From positions 1 to 35,207 of the forward strand of contig CAYHEU010000001.1 of assembly GCA_964355785.1 (NCBI GenBank): 35,207 nt of DNA, given 5' to 3'. The notes below the pieces were generated by a model, which worked only from the letters and a program-made list of their open reading frames with translations, searched no databases and had not been told where the DNA came from. Positions 22,235-30,589 of the stretch are shown here, in pieces. Both the position numbers and the translations under genes were made by a program. Within the stretch, counting starts at the first letter, position 1; each line of letters opens with the position of its first letter. The stretch comes from an uncultured Candidatus Saccharibacteria bacterium. GTDB taxonomy: Bacteria; Patescibacteriota; Minisyncoccia; UBA6257; 2-01-FULL-56-20.

Positions 22235-23953
22235 CTCGCTTTTGTTTGGAGAACTTTCCCCTACCCCCTGCCTCTTTTTCGCAAGTTTCTCGACAATATC
22301 CTTTTCTTTCTCGGAGATTTTCTCTTCTGTGCCGCGCCGCGCAATTGCGTAGTCGTTCATGTCCACAAGCATGAAACTCGCAAGAAGCGGAAATTTTTCT
22401 TTCACCAACCGATACTTTTCCTGCTCAATAAACCGGTAGTCGGGATGTCCTTGGGAAATGGTGCGAAGCTCTGTTTCCCAAAAAAGCTGACGGAAGTTCT
22501 TCCATTGATAAAATCGGAGGCGATACGCGAGCGGTACGACGTACTGCGCAAGAACCGGATCTTTCTCTTCGATCTTTCTGAAAAATGCGCTCGCTCCTTC
22601 CAAAGCTTCCCGGAATTGGCCCTCAAGGCCCGCCTCGGGGATTTCCGGCGGGACATCATAGCCATGGTGAGTCGAGAAGTATTCGCGATCCTGCGTCATC
22701 ATCCGGTGGCGGTGGAGATCTCGATAACTCCCGATATTCATCGTAATCTCAAAACGCAGGTATGAATTCTCAAACGCACGTCCGACTTTGTGCCAGCGCG
22801 CCGAACGATTCAAAAGATAGAAGCTTATTATTTCTTTTCGCTCCGATCCGGAAAGTTCTCTTGCGATCTGAAGCACTCTTTCCCATGTTGCGTGGGTGGC
22901 GGGAAAAATTATTCCCGCAATAATTTTTTCCTCCGCACGCGGGTCGCACTCCACGAGTTTCACCTCGGGCTTCGTCCCTCCTTTTTCGAGCAATTTCCCC
23001 TCTTCCGCATGCCGGGAGCTTTGGAGAAAACGGTGAACGGCCGCGCTCCGTTCGGCAAGATACCGCTGATATCCCTCCGATTTCTCGTCCCCAAGCCGCA
23101 AAAGAAGCGAAGGAATCTCGTTATCCAGTTCTCGCTTCACGGCGGAGGAAATCCACCGGAGTTCTCCCAAGGAATGCTTTGCGGTGCGATTAATCAAATA
23201 TTCGAGGGCCTGCGCATTCCCCCGGAACGCAACCTGCCCCAAGGTCGCCATAGGAAGAAGCCCCCGAAGGGTGTCGAACGCTTTTTTCTCCAAGACGGAT
23301 TCTTTTTCCTCGTAATTCTCCTTAAGCCACGCGAGAAGCCGCGGCAGGAGCTCCACGTAGGTATCAAAAAGATGGTCTAGCGTTTTCCGATACTCAGGAA
23401 GGATTCCGAGGCGTTCAAGATCCGGCTTCGGAATATAGTAGAGATAGCGATCCCTAATTTTCTTCCCAAAATTTACGTAGCGCGTGGATTTCTCGATCGG
23501 TTCGAGCCCAATCCGCTGATCCTCAACGAATTTCATCGCAACCTGCGAAATCCCCCAGAAGAGCACGTGCGTGCCCGTCATCTGGGCAATAGAGTCGTCG
23601 CCGTACTGGGAGAGCCACTTTGCATAAAATTCCTGCGCGCGCTGATTATTCAAGATATTTTTAAATCCCCGTTCGCGGAGAAAACTCACCGTCTCCTCGA
23701 GTTCTTTCGCGAGCGCTTTGTTTTCGCCCTCAAGGATCGGATAGAAATATTCCTTGAGAAGCACGCGGAGGAGCGAGTGCGGCGCACGGCTCGCGCGCGA
23801 ACAGAGCGCCCCTACGATCTCCGGCGGCAGGTTCCGAAGCACGTGCACGAGGCCGTCCACGTTTGTTGCGAACGGCTCCAAAAGGAATTTATCTTTTTCC
23901 GACCATTCTTCCCCGGGAAAATCGGGCGCGTACGCGTCTCTACTCTCCGGCAT
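22232..23953 (-). CDS. Long ThyX-like (FAD-dependent thymidylate synthase family) protein
   Basis: 573 aa. …GALCSRASRAP… and …YRDLHRHRMMTQ… resemble ThyX signatures. It is about twice the canonical length, and the RHR-x7-S serine is not at the canonical spacing. Confidence 0.6.
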   Translation of the reverse strand: MPESRDAYAPDFPGEEWSEKDKFLLEPFATNVDGLVHVLRNLPPEIVGALCSRASRAPHSLLRVLLKEYFYPILEGENKALAKELEETVSFLRERGFKNILNNQRAQEFYAKWLSQYGDDSIAQMTGTHVLFWGISQVAMKFVEDQRIGLEPIEKSTRYVNFGKKIRDRYLYYIPKPDLERLGILPEYRKTLDHLFDTYVELLPRLLAWLKENYEEKESVLEKKAFDTLRGLLPMATLGQVAFRGNAQALEYLINRTAKHSLGELRWISSAVKRELDNEIPSLLLRLGDEKSEGYQRYLAERSAAVHRFLQSSRHAEEGKLLEKGGTKPEVKLVECDPRAEEKIIAGIIFPATHATWERVLQIARELSGSERKEIISFYLLNRSARWHKVGRAFENSYLRFEITMNIGSYRDLHRHRMMTQDREYFSTHHGYDVPPEIPEAGLEGQFREALEGASAFFRKIEEKDPVLAQYVVPLAYRLRFYQWKNFRQLFWETELRTISQGHPDYRFIEQEKYRLVKEKFPLLASFMLVDMNDYAIARRGTEEKISEKEKDIVEKLAKKRQGVGESSPNKSE

Positions 23954-23955
23954 TG

Positions 23956-24822
23956 CTAGATCTTACCAAACAATTTGAGACGCCCTGCGACAACTCGCTT
24001 CATTCCCTCGAGCGCGGGTCCATAAATTCTGTAGGGTGCGAGTTCTGCGGGATTTTCCCTGAGACCGTCCTCGATCCCCTTCCGCCATGCGGCTCTGATT
24101 TCAGTGTTGATGTGAATAATATTTACTCCCGCTTTGACCGCAGCTACAAAATCCTCGTCGGGAAGGCCCGAGGCGCCGTGGAGCACAAGCGGAACGCCGA
24201 CCGCGCTTCTGATTGCAGATATCCGATCGACGTAGAGCTTTTCAACAAATCCTTCTTTGATCACAATCCCGTGGATGTTTCCGACTGCGGGAGCAAGCAT
24301 ATCAACGCCCGTTTCTTTTACAAACTGCGCGGCCTCCTCGGGGGTCGTGAGATCCTCGGGTTTCACTGCTGCGCCCTCGGGCAACTCTCGGTGAATTTCA
24401 GAAGACGAACCGATATAGCCGATCTCTCCTTCGACTAAAATCTTGGGGTTCTTCGACTTCACGTACTCGACAACCTGCTTTGTAAGTTTGATGTTTTCGT
24501 GAAGCGGCATCCGGCTCGCATCAAAAAGTACTGCATCGTACCCTGCCTCAACTGCTTCTTTTATCCTTTCCAGGGAGTGCGTGTGGTCGGCATTGAGGTA
24601 TATCGGGTAGCTATATTCTTCGCGAATACTCCGCACAAGCGCCACCGCGCGCCGCGCTCCCAAAAAATCGCGCTCCCCTTCCGATGTTCCGATAATCACG
24701 GGTACGTTCGCCTCGTGTGCCGCCTCGAAAATCGCCTTAAGTGCTACGGCGTCTGAAACATTAAAATGCCCGATCGCGGCTTTCTTATTCTCGGCCTCGC
24801 GGATTATTTGAATGAGTTCCAT
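23956..24822 (-). CDS. fba: Class II fructose-1,6-bisphosphate (ketose-bisphosphate) aldolase
   Basis: 288 aa. AAIGHFNVSD, LNADHTHS, VLHGASGLPDED and NINTE motifs. Confidence 0.9.
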   Translation of the reverse strand: MELIQIIREAENKKAAIGHFNVSDAVALKAIFEAAHEANVPVIIGTSEGERDFLGARRAVALVRSIREEYSYPIYLNADHTHSLERIKEAVEAGYDAVLFDASRMPLHENIKLTKQVVEYVKSKNPKILVEGEIGYIGSSSEIHRELPEGAAVKPEDLTTPEEAAQFVKETGVDMLAPAVGNIHGIVIKEGFVEKLYVDRISAIRSAVGVPLVLHGASGLPDEDFVAAVKAGVNIIHINTEIRAAWRKGIEDGLRENPAELAPYRIYGPALEGMKRVVAGRLKLFGKI

Positions 24823-24848
24823 TACGCTTCCATCTTACCACACTTCCC

Positions 24849-26078
24849 CTACCTCGTGGCGTTGTAGTATCCCTGAATCTCCGTTGCGCTCAAGGGGCGA
24901 TTATAGATGCGGACTTCGTCGATCACGGCGCTCAAATACTGCACGGGAGTGGTGATGCGGGCCGCAACCCTGAAATCCGAATTGGCGAACACATACGAGG
25001 AGGATGCAGAAGCAAGCGCAATGCCATTTTTATAAAGCGTCATGGTAAACCCATCGTACACTCCCACAATATGCGTCCAAGTACTCGTCGGAGCACCCCC
25101 GCCGGATATTTGACTGACGGCCTGACTGGTATCCCCCACGGCGAACGACCAGTTTAAGGTCAACGCATCCAAACTGTATCCTTGGGGGTCTCCTAAAAAA
25201 TTTGTTTTTCTCGTTCCCATAACAGTGCGGTTTAATGATCCCCCTTCAAATTTCACCCACGCCATGACGGTGAAAATGGCGGGATGAATTCGCGAGGAAT
25301 TCGGCGCCCACACATAATCGGCCGTACCGTTAAAGTCAAGAGCTTTGCCTACTTTTCCATTCACCCATTGGGGGCTTCCCACAAATGATCCCTGCACGTT
25401 TCCGCCGGAAGAATCTCCTGCGGTCGTTCCAGACCCTTCATCAAATTTCCAATACACCGAGAGGCCGGATGCTTGAGTCCAGAGGTTGATATCCGTCCCC
25501 AACTCAACCCTTCCCGCGTCCGTACCGCCGTCGGGCAGAGCAGAGGCGGCAAGATGCTTGTTCGACTCAAGAGCTCCCGTGAGCGCATAACTTCCACCGG
25601 TTACATAGGCATAATAAAGACCGGAAGCGGCGGTATTTACAGGATCCACGGGGAGCGCAGAGAACGGTGCCCCGCCGGTAAAAGACGGGAAGTTAATCGG
25701 CAGCCATCCGCTTCCGCTTATGAGACGTAAGTTCGCATTGGTGACGCAATTATAAGTCCATCCCGAAGGAGGCGCGGGGAGTCCTACGTTTGCGCAGATA
25801 GGTGACGTATCGGGAAGCGACACATAGATCGTTGAAGCACTCCCCAAATTCACAACGTCTTCCGTTCCGACAATCCCGATCGCGCGGTTCAAAATTGCGA
25901 GATCCGAAAGGCGAACTGCGTCACGGCTTTGTTTCAGGAGCTCGGCGGGGTTCAACGCTATCACCACCGCAACGGAGAGCACGGCGAGCACGCCGATAAC
26001 GATAAGGAGTTCGATCAAGGTGAAGCCGCCGATTGTTCCCAAGGGAACAAAACCAGCGTGTCTTGCATTGCTTGTCAT
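24849..26078 (-). CDS. Type IV pilin-like protein with C-terminal LamG/concanavalin-like domain
   Basis: 409 aa. Prepilin cleavage/methylation motif G|FTLIELLIVIGVLAVLS. C-terminal …LSVYWKFDEGSGTTAGDSSGGN…NGKVGKALDFNG…MAWVKF…DEVRIYNRPLSATEI is LamG-like. Confidence 0.85.
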   Translation of the reverse strand: MTSNARHAGFVPLGTIGGFTLIELLIVIGVLAVLSVAVVIALNPAELLKQSRDAVRLSDLAILNRAIGIVGTEDVVNLGSASTIYVSLPDTSPICANVGLPAPPSGWTYNCVTNANLRLISGSGWLPINFPSFTGGAPFSALPVDPVNTAASGLYYAYVTGGSYALTGALESNKHLAASALPDGGTDAGRVELGTDINLWTQASGLSVYWKFDEGSGTTAGDSSGGNVQGSFVGSPQWVNGKVGKALDFNGTADYVWAPNSSRIHPAIFTVMAWVKFEGGSLNRTVMGTRKTNFLGDPQGYSLDALTLNWSFAVGDTSQAVSQISGGGAPTSTWTHIVGVYDGFTMTLYKNGIALASASSSYVFANSDFRVAARITTPVQYLSAVIDEVRIYNRPLSATEIQGYYNATR

Positions 26079-26185
26079 CTTGCTTTCCTATTCTACCACA
26101 CGGCGGCAAATCCCGGGTTTCTTATTCAGTGGGTAAGATATGTTTTTTTAATTGTAGAACTTTTCAAAAAGGAGTTCTCCGTTCC

Positions 26186-27181
26186 TTATATTTCCCTCGG
26201 AAAATATCCTTCGGGCGGGCGCGCAAGGAAAGATTCGAGTTCGTTGCGGCCGAGAAGCCCTTCGCGCGCCCCAACCTTCTGCACTACCGACATTGAGTTC
26301 ACTGGAGCCCACCGGAGCGCTTCTTTTATATCAAGTCCCAGCGCGAGCGCAACGGTAAAAGTCGATGAGAATGCATCCCCCGCACCGGTGCGCTCAAGCG
26401 GCGGCTTAGGATCCGGATAGGGCGGCATAAACCATATCGTCTCTTTCTCCATCGCATAGGCGCCTTCTTTCCCGTCTGTAATCACGGTGATTTTTGGCCC
26501 AAGCGACTGGATTCCCTTGAGGAGAATTTTGATGTCGCTCTCGCCTTTGAGTCCCAAGATGCGCCGCGCTTCTTATTTGTTGCAGAAAAACACCTCCGAA
26601 AGCTTGTAGATTACGGCCAACTTTTCTTTCCCCGCCTTAATCTGAAACGTCCCCGGCTGGAACGCGAGCTTGATCTTGGGATGCGCCGCAAGATACTCCT
26701 TGATCTCGCGGTGGAACGGGCCGCTCTCCTCTCCCAAGGAGGAAAGATACATCCATTTCGGATCCCCTATCGCGGGAAGTGCGTAGGGATACTTTTCATG
26801 CTTGATAAGAATAGTACGATCGTCCTCGTACCAGAGCACATAGTGATAATTCGTCTTCTCGCCCTTGTGCACCGCAACAAAGCCGGTCGCAACGTTTTCT
26901 TTCTTTAAGGCATCAAGACACTCCTTGCCGAAGTAGTCGTCTCCGAGGTTTGAAACGAGCGCGCTCCGGAGCCCCAGACGTGAGGCGGAGACCGCCGCGT
27001 TTGAGCTATTCCCGACCGCCGGAATTATATACACATCCTCGTAGGGAATCTTGTCCCCAAACCGCATGCAAATTTCGCAACGCTCGTGCCGCAGATCGCA
27101 GTGGACGGAAGCGTCCTTGAGCCGGATAAAGGCGTCGGTCACAATGTCGCCGATGGCAATGAAATCGTAGGATTGTTTCAT
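26186..27181 (-). pseudogene. PfkB-family carbohydrate (ribokinase-like) kinase interrupted by one in-frame TAA
   Basis: The N-part 26573..27181 (…AVGNSSNAAV…) and C-part 26186..26557 (…TGAGDAFSSTF…) are in the same frame. They are separated only by TAA at 26573-26575. The sequence reads …VFFCNK*EARRILG…, where the family normally has N-x-E-E-A. Confidence 0.75.
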
Positions 27182-27195
27182 GTGTGCGGTTTGAT

Positions 27196-28191
27196 CTATT
27201 TCTTCCGTCTTAGGACTTTTTTTACTGCTCGTATGATATCCTTGACTCCCATACCGTATTTTTCAATAAGCGCCGCGGGCGGTCCCGATTCGCCGAAAAC
27301 ATTCTGCATGCCGATAAATTCCATCGGCGTTGGCGCGTGATTAGCTAAAACCTCGGCCACCGCCCCTCCCAATCCCCCGCTTATCTGGTGCTCTTCAACC
27401 GTGACTACCGCACCGGTCTTTTTGGCGAGTTCCACGATTTTTTTCTCGTCTATCGGCTTTATGGTGTGATTATTTAAGACTATAACGCCAATTTTTTCTC
27501 CTTCTAATTCTTTGGCAGCAAGAAGCGCGTTATAAAGAAGCGAGCCGCAGGCGATTATAACAGCTTCGGCTTTGCCTTTCGGAATCCAAAATATTTCTGC
27601 TTTCCCTGGAATAAACGGAGTTTTTTCGGTTGTCATGACCGGAGTCTTTTCACGGCCATACCTTAGATACACCGGCCCCCAGATTTTTGCCGCGGCAACC
27701 GTTGCTTTCCTCGCCTCAATCGCGTCGCAGGGAATATAAACGCGCATATTCGCCATGACGCGCATTGTCGCGATGTCTTCCACCGCCTGATGCGTTGCGC
27801 CGTCCGGTCCCACAGAAATCCCCGAATGGTGGCCTGCAATTTTCACGTTGGAATCGTTGTAGGCGATTGTGGTCCGGATCTGCTCCCAATTCCGGCCGGG
27901 AGAAAATGTGGCGTACGAAGCGATGAACGGAATTTTTCCGCTGATACCCAATCCCGAGGCGATTGTCGCCATATTCTGCTCGGCAACACCAACTTGGAAA
28001 TAGCGATCAGGATATTTTTTTGCAAACGCCTCGGTATGCGTGGATTCAGTGAGATCCGCGCAGAGCGCAACTACGTTTTTATTTTCATCGCCCGCCTGCA
28101 CCAAGCCCACCCCGTAACCCGCGCGGGTTGGTTTTTGTTCAATATCCGATTCAAAAATTTTTTCTGATAGTTTTGCGTCGAGATTAATCAT
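27196..28191 (-). CDS. Transketolase, C-terminal subunit (pyrimidine-binding plus C-terminal domains)
   Basis: …DLTESTHTEAF…FQVGVAEQNM…GPDGATHQAVEDIA… Start placed at ATG 28191 (MINLDAK). The ORF-track TTG start is at 28200. Confidence 0.9.
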   Translation of the reverse strand: MINLDAKLSEKIFESDIEQKPTRAGYGVGLVQAGDENKNVVALCADLTESTHTEAFAKKYPDRYFQVGVAEQNMATIASGLGISGKIPFIASYATFSPGRNWEQIRTTIAYNDSNVKIAGHHSGISVGPDGATHQAVEDIATMRVMANMRVYIPCDAIEARKATVAAAKIWGPVYLRYGREKTPVMTTEKTPFIPGKAEIFWIPKGKAEAVIIACGSLLYNALLAAKELEGEKIGVIVLNNHTIKPIDEKKIVELAKKTGAVVTVEEHQISGGLGGAVAEVLANHAPTPMEFIGMQNVFGESGPPAALIEKYGMGVKDIIRAVKKVLRRKK

Positions 28192-28200
28192 GGCAATCAA

Positions 28201-28244
28201 CTAATAACTAATTTATACTAATGTACTAATCACGATAATACTAA
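28201..28244. repeat. Degenerate CTAAT/ATTAG repeat spacer upstream of the tkt C-subunit gene
   Basis: CTAATAACTAATTTATACTAATGTACTAATCACGATAATACTAA. CTAA recurs with spacings of 7, 10, 8 and 15 nt, giving stops in all frames on both strands. Less regular than the other arrays. Confidence 0.4.
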
Positions 28245-28290
28245 AATTTTCTTAAGCAAGGCCTTTATTCGTATATTCGTACCAAATTCG

Positions 28291-28944
28291 TTATTCGCTG
28301 ATATTTATGAATTTGAAGGTGGAGAGGATCAGCGATGAATTTTTTTCGTGTGTAGTAATATCAGTAGCTCTTGGCGGATCACCACACACACTGTATTCAA
28401 GCTGTATCATCTTACTTCTCATGCGAAATGGTATAAAGTAAGCATCCCATACACAGAAACCAGAACCTCCGATATACCTGTAAACTTCAAACGATGTCTG
28501 AATTGCAACAGGTTCATTCTCGGAATCATTTGTTTTGGGTGACGGAGTCCAGTTCTTTTTTTGAGAGTCGAAAATGTACGTTCCGCCAAAATTATCTGAA
28601 TACTCGAAAAGATAAATATTCTTCTCCTCTATGTCTATAGCGAATGTTTCGGAATAGCCATAATTGCCGGAATATAAATTCGTGTTTAGTGGATATTTGA
28701 ACTCAAGTCCATACTTCTCGTTGCGGTAGGTCCTCCAGCTCGAGACATCTAAAACCTGGGCTTCAGTAGCCACGGATCTTTGCATCTCCGACCTCTCGCT
28801 TATTTTCTCCTGCTGGACCGTTTTTGAAAGATTCTCCACGATGTTCTGGAGCGAAACGATCTTCACGACCGCGACGATGTTCAAGCCCAAGGTAAGCGCG
28901 AACGCGGCGGTAAGATAAATTGTTGATTTTGAAACCTTATTCAT
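28291..28944 (-). CDS. Hypothetical membrane-anchored protein (AT-rich gene between the two transketolase halves)
   Basis: ATG at 28944, 3 nt after GGAG. TM helix STIYLTAAFALTLGLNIVAVV, then …WRTYRNEKYGLEFKYP…. Visibly lower GC than the flanking tkt genes. Confidence 0.65.
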   Translation of the reverse strand: MNKVSKSTIYLTAAFALTLGLNIVAVVKIVSLQNIVENLSKTVQQEKISERSEMQRSVATEAQVLDVSSWRTYRNEKYGLEFKYPLNTNLYSGNYGYSETFAIDIEEKNIYLFEYSDNFGGTYIFDSQKKNWTPSPKTNDSENEPVAIQTSFEVYRYIGGSGFCVWDAYFIPFRMRSKMIQLEYSVCGDPPRATDITTHEKNSSLILSTFKFINISE

Positions 28945-28977
28945 GATCTCCAAGTCCTATGTTCGAAGCTCTTTGTT

Positions 28978-29838
28978 CTATTTGTGTCCCCTCCTTATTT
29001 TTTCCCCCCATTCGCGAAGTTCACGGAGCGCAATTTTTGCTTCCTCCGGCTTCGGGGGCTTGCCGTGCCAGCGGTAATCATCCTCCATAAAACTCACTCC
29101 TCTTCCCGGAATCGTGTACGCAATAATCATCGTAGGCCGCTCGTGAATCGCACGCGCTTCCGCAACCGCATCCGTGAAATCTTGGATGTTGTGCCCGTCA
29201 ACTTCCATCACGTGCCAATTGAACGATTCGTACTTCGCGCGGAGCGGTTCCAGGGGCATTATGTTCTCCGTAGATCCGTCTATCTGGATATTGTTCCTGT
29301 CCAAAATCGCGGTTAAGTTGCTGATTCTATTTTTCCCCGCAAACATCACCGCCTCCCATGTATTCCCCTCTTGGTGCTCGCCGTCGGACATAAGGCAATA
29401 GATACGGTATTTCTTGCTGTCCAGCTTTGCTGCAAGGGCCATCCCAATTGCTTGAGAAAGTCCGGAACCTAAAGGACCGGAGGTTGTCTCAACTCCAGGA
29501 AGCGCCGCGCGATGCGGATGCCCCTGGAGGCGCGAGTTTATTTTCCTTAGGGTTTTCAGTTCCTCAAGCGGGAAATACCCCGCGCGCGCGAGCGTCGCAT
29601 AGAGAATCGGGCAGATGTGGCCGTTTGAGAGCACCACTTTGTCTCGCTCAGGCCAGTGTGGTTTTTTGGGATCGTGGTTCAGGATATGGAAGTAGAGCGT
29701 TGCGAAGATATCAGCCATTCCCAAGGGTCCCGCAGAGTGTCCCGAACCGGCCTCTACGAGCATCTTAATCACATCTTGGCGCAACGTATTCGCCATCTCC
29801 TCAAGAAATTTTATTTTGTTTTCGTGAAGACCTTCCAT
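28978..29838 (-). CDS. Transketolase, N-terminal subunit (TPP-binding)
   Basis: 286 aa. …GSGHSAGPLGMADI…, …SNGHICPILYA… and …CLMSDGEHQEGNTWEA… (the GDG-x-E-G TPP motif region). Confidence 0.9.
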   Translation of the reverse strand: MEGLHENKIKFLEEMANTLRQDVIKMLVEAGSGHSAGPLGMADIFATLYFHILNHDPKKPHWPERDKVVLSNGHICPILYATLARAGYFPLEELKTLRKINSRLQGHPHRAALPGVETTSGPLGSGLSQAIGMALAAKLDSKKYRIYCLMSDGEHQEGNTWEAVMFAGKNRISNLTAILDRNNIQIDGSTENIMPLEPLRAKYESFNWHVMEVDGHNIQDFTDAVAEARAIHERPTMIIAYTIPGRGVSFMEDDYRWHGKPPKPEEAKIALRELREWGEKIRRGHK

Positions 29839-29843
29839 AAGAA

Positions 29844-29881
29844 TAGGAATTAGAATTTAGGAGTTAGTATTTAGGCAATAG
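29844..29881. repeat. Heptad-periodic stop array at the rpe/tkt-N junction
   Basis: Plus-strand TAG at 29844, 29851, 29858, 29865, 29872 and 29879, an exact period of 7 repeated six times. Minus-strand TAA (plus TTA) at 29850, 29857, 29864 and 29871. Confidence 0.85.
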
Positions 29882-29884
29882 ATT

Positions 29885-30562
29885 TTATAATGATTTGAGC
29901 GTTTCATAGGCCGCTTTCGGATCACGACTCTCAAAAATATGGGAGGCGGATGTGACGATGTCTGCGCCTGCATCCTTCACAAGCTTTGCAATTTCTTCAT
30001 TCACGCCGCCGTCAACCTCAATTTTAGCATGCGGCAGTTTGATTCTTAAAAATTTCACCTTCTCGAGCATAAGGGGAAGGAATTTCTGCCCGGCAAGGCC
30101 GGGATGGACCGCAAGGATCTGGAACTCAAGAAATTTTCCGCCTGCGGCGAGCAATTCTTCGACTGGCGTCTCGGGATTTATCGCAAGCATCGCCTCCGCG
30201 CCGTATTCTGCGCATTTCGCATACACCCACTCGATTCTTTTCGGATCAACCTCAATCGAACCTTCTCTTTTTGTGAGCGCCTCGAGATGCACGATCACGC
30301 GCTCCGCGCCGGCTTCGAGCCAATCCGGGATCGCCCGCTCCGGCTCCTCCACCATAAGATGAATTTCAAACTGAATGTCAGGATGTTTTTTCTTGAGGAG
30401 CTTGAACCCTTCCGGATTTCCCCACGTCTTGTTGAATGTAAAGCGGGCGTCGGCCACGTCAATATGAAGCCAGCCGTCCTTCGGAAGAAATTTCTTGGCC
30501 GCGGCAACTTTTTCGACTACGCACTCTGGCTCCACGCAATTAATCGCGGGAATGACTTGCAT
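29885..30562 (-). CDS. rpe: Ribulose-phosphate 3-epimerase
   Basis: 225 aa. …LHIDVADARF…, …HLMVEEP… and …EVDGGVN… motifs. Confidence 0.9.
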   Translation of the reverse strand: MQVIPAINCVEPECVVEKVAAAKKFLPKDGWLHIDVADARFTFNKTWGNPEGFKLLKKKHPDIQFEIHLMVEEPERAIPDWLEAGAERVIVHLEALTKREGSIEVDPKRIEWVYAKCAEYGAEAMLAINPETPVEELLAAGGKFLEFQILAVHPGLAGQKFLPLMLEKVKFLRIKLPHAKIEVDGGVNEEIAKLVKDAGADIVTSASHIFESRDPKAAYETLKSL

Positions 30563-30589
30563 AGGATTTAGGATTGAACCGATAGACCT

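Noticed and set aside
26573-26575. Alternative genetic code or stop-codon reassignment, as suggested by the in-frame TAA in the PfkB kinase.
   Set aside because: TAA, TAG and TGA all terminate well-supported genes in this window at the expected protein ends (for example yvcK and leuS with TAA, htrA and the thyX-like gene with TAG, gap and the four-helix-bundle gene with TGA). No other conserved gene contains in-frame stops.
29844-29881. Short tandem arrays (also 16223..16248, 22163..22234 and 9466..9903) as CRISPR arrays.
   Set aside because: The unit length is 7 nt with no unique spacers. There are no cas genes and no repeat of 23-50 nt.
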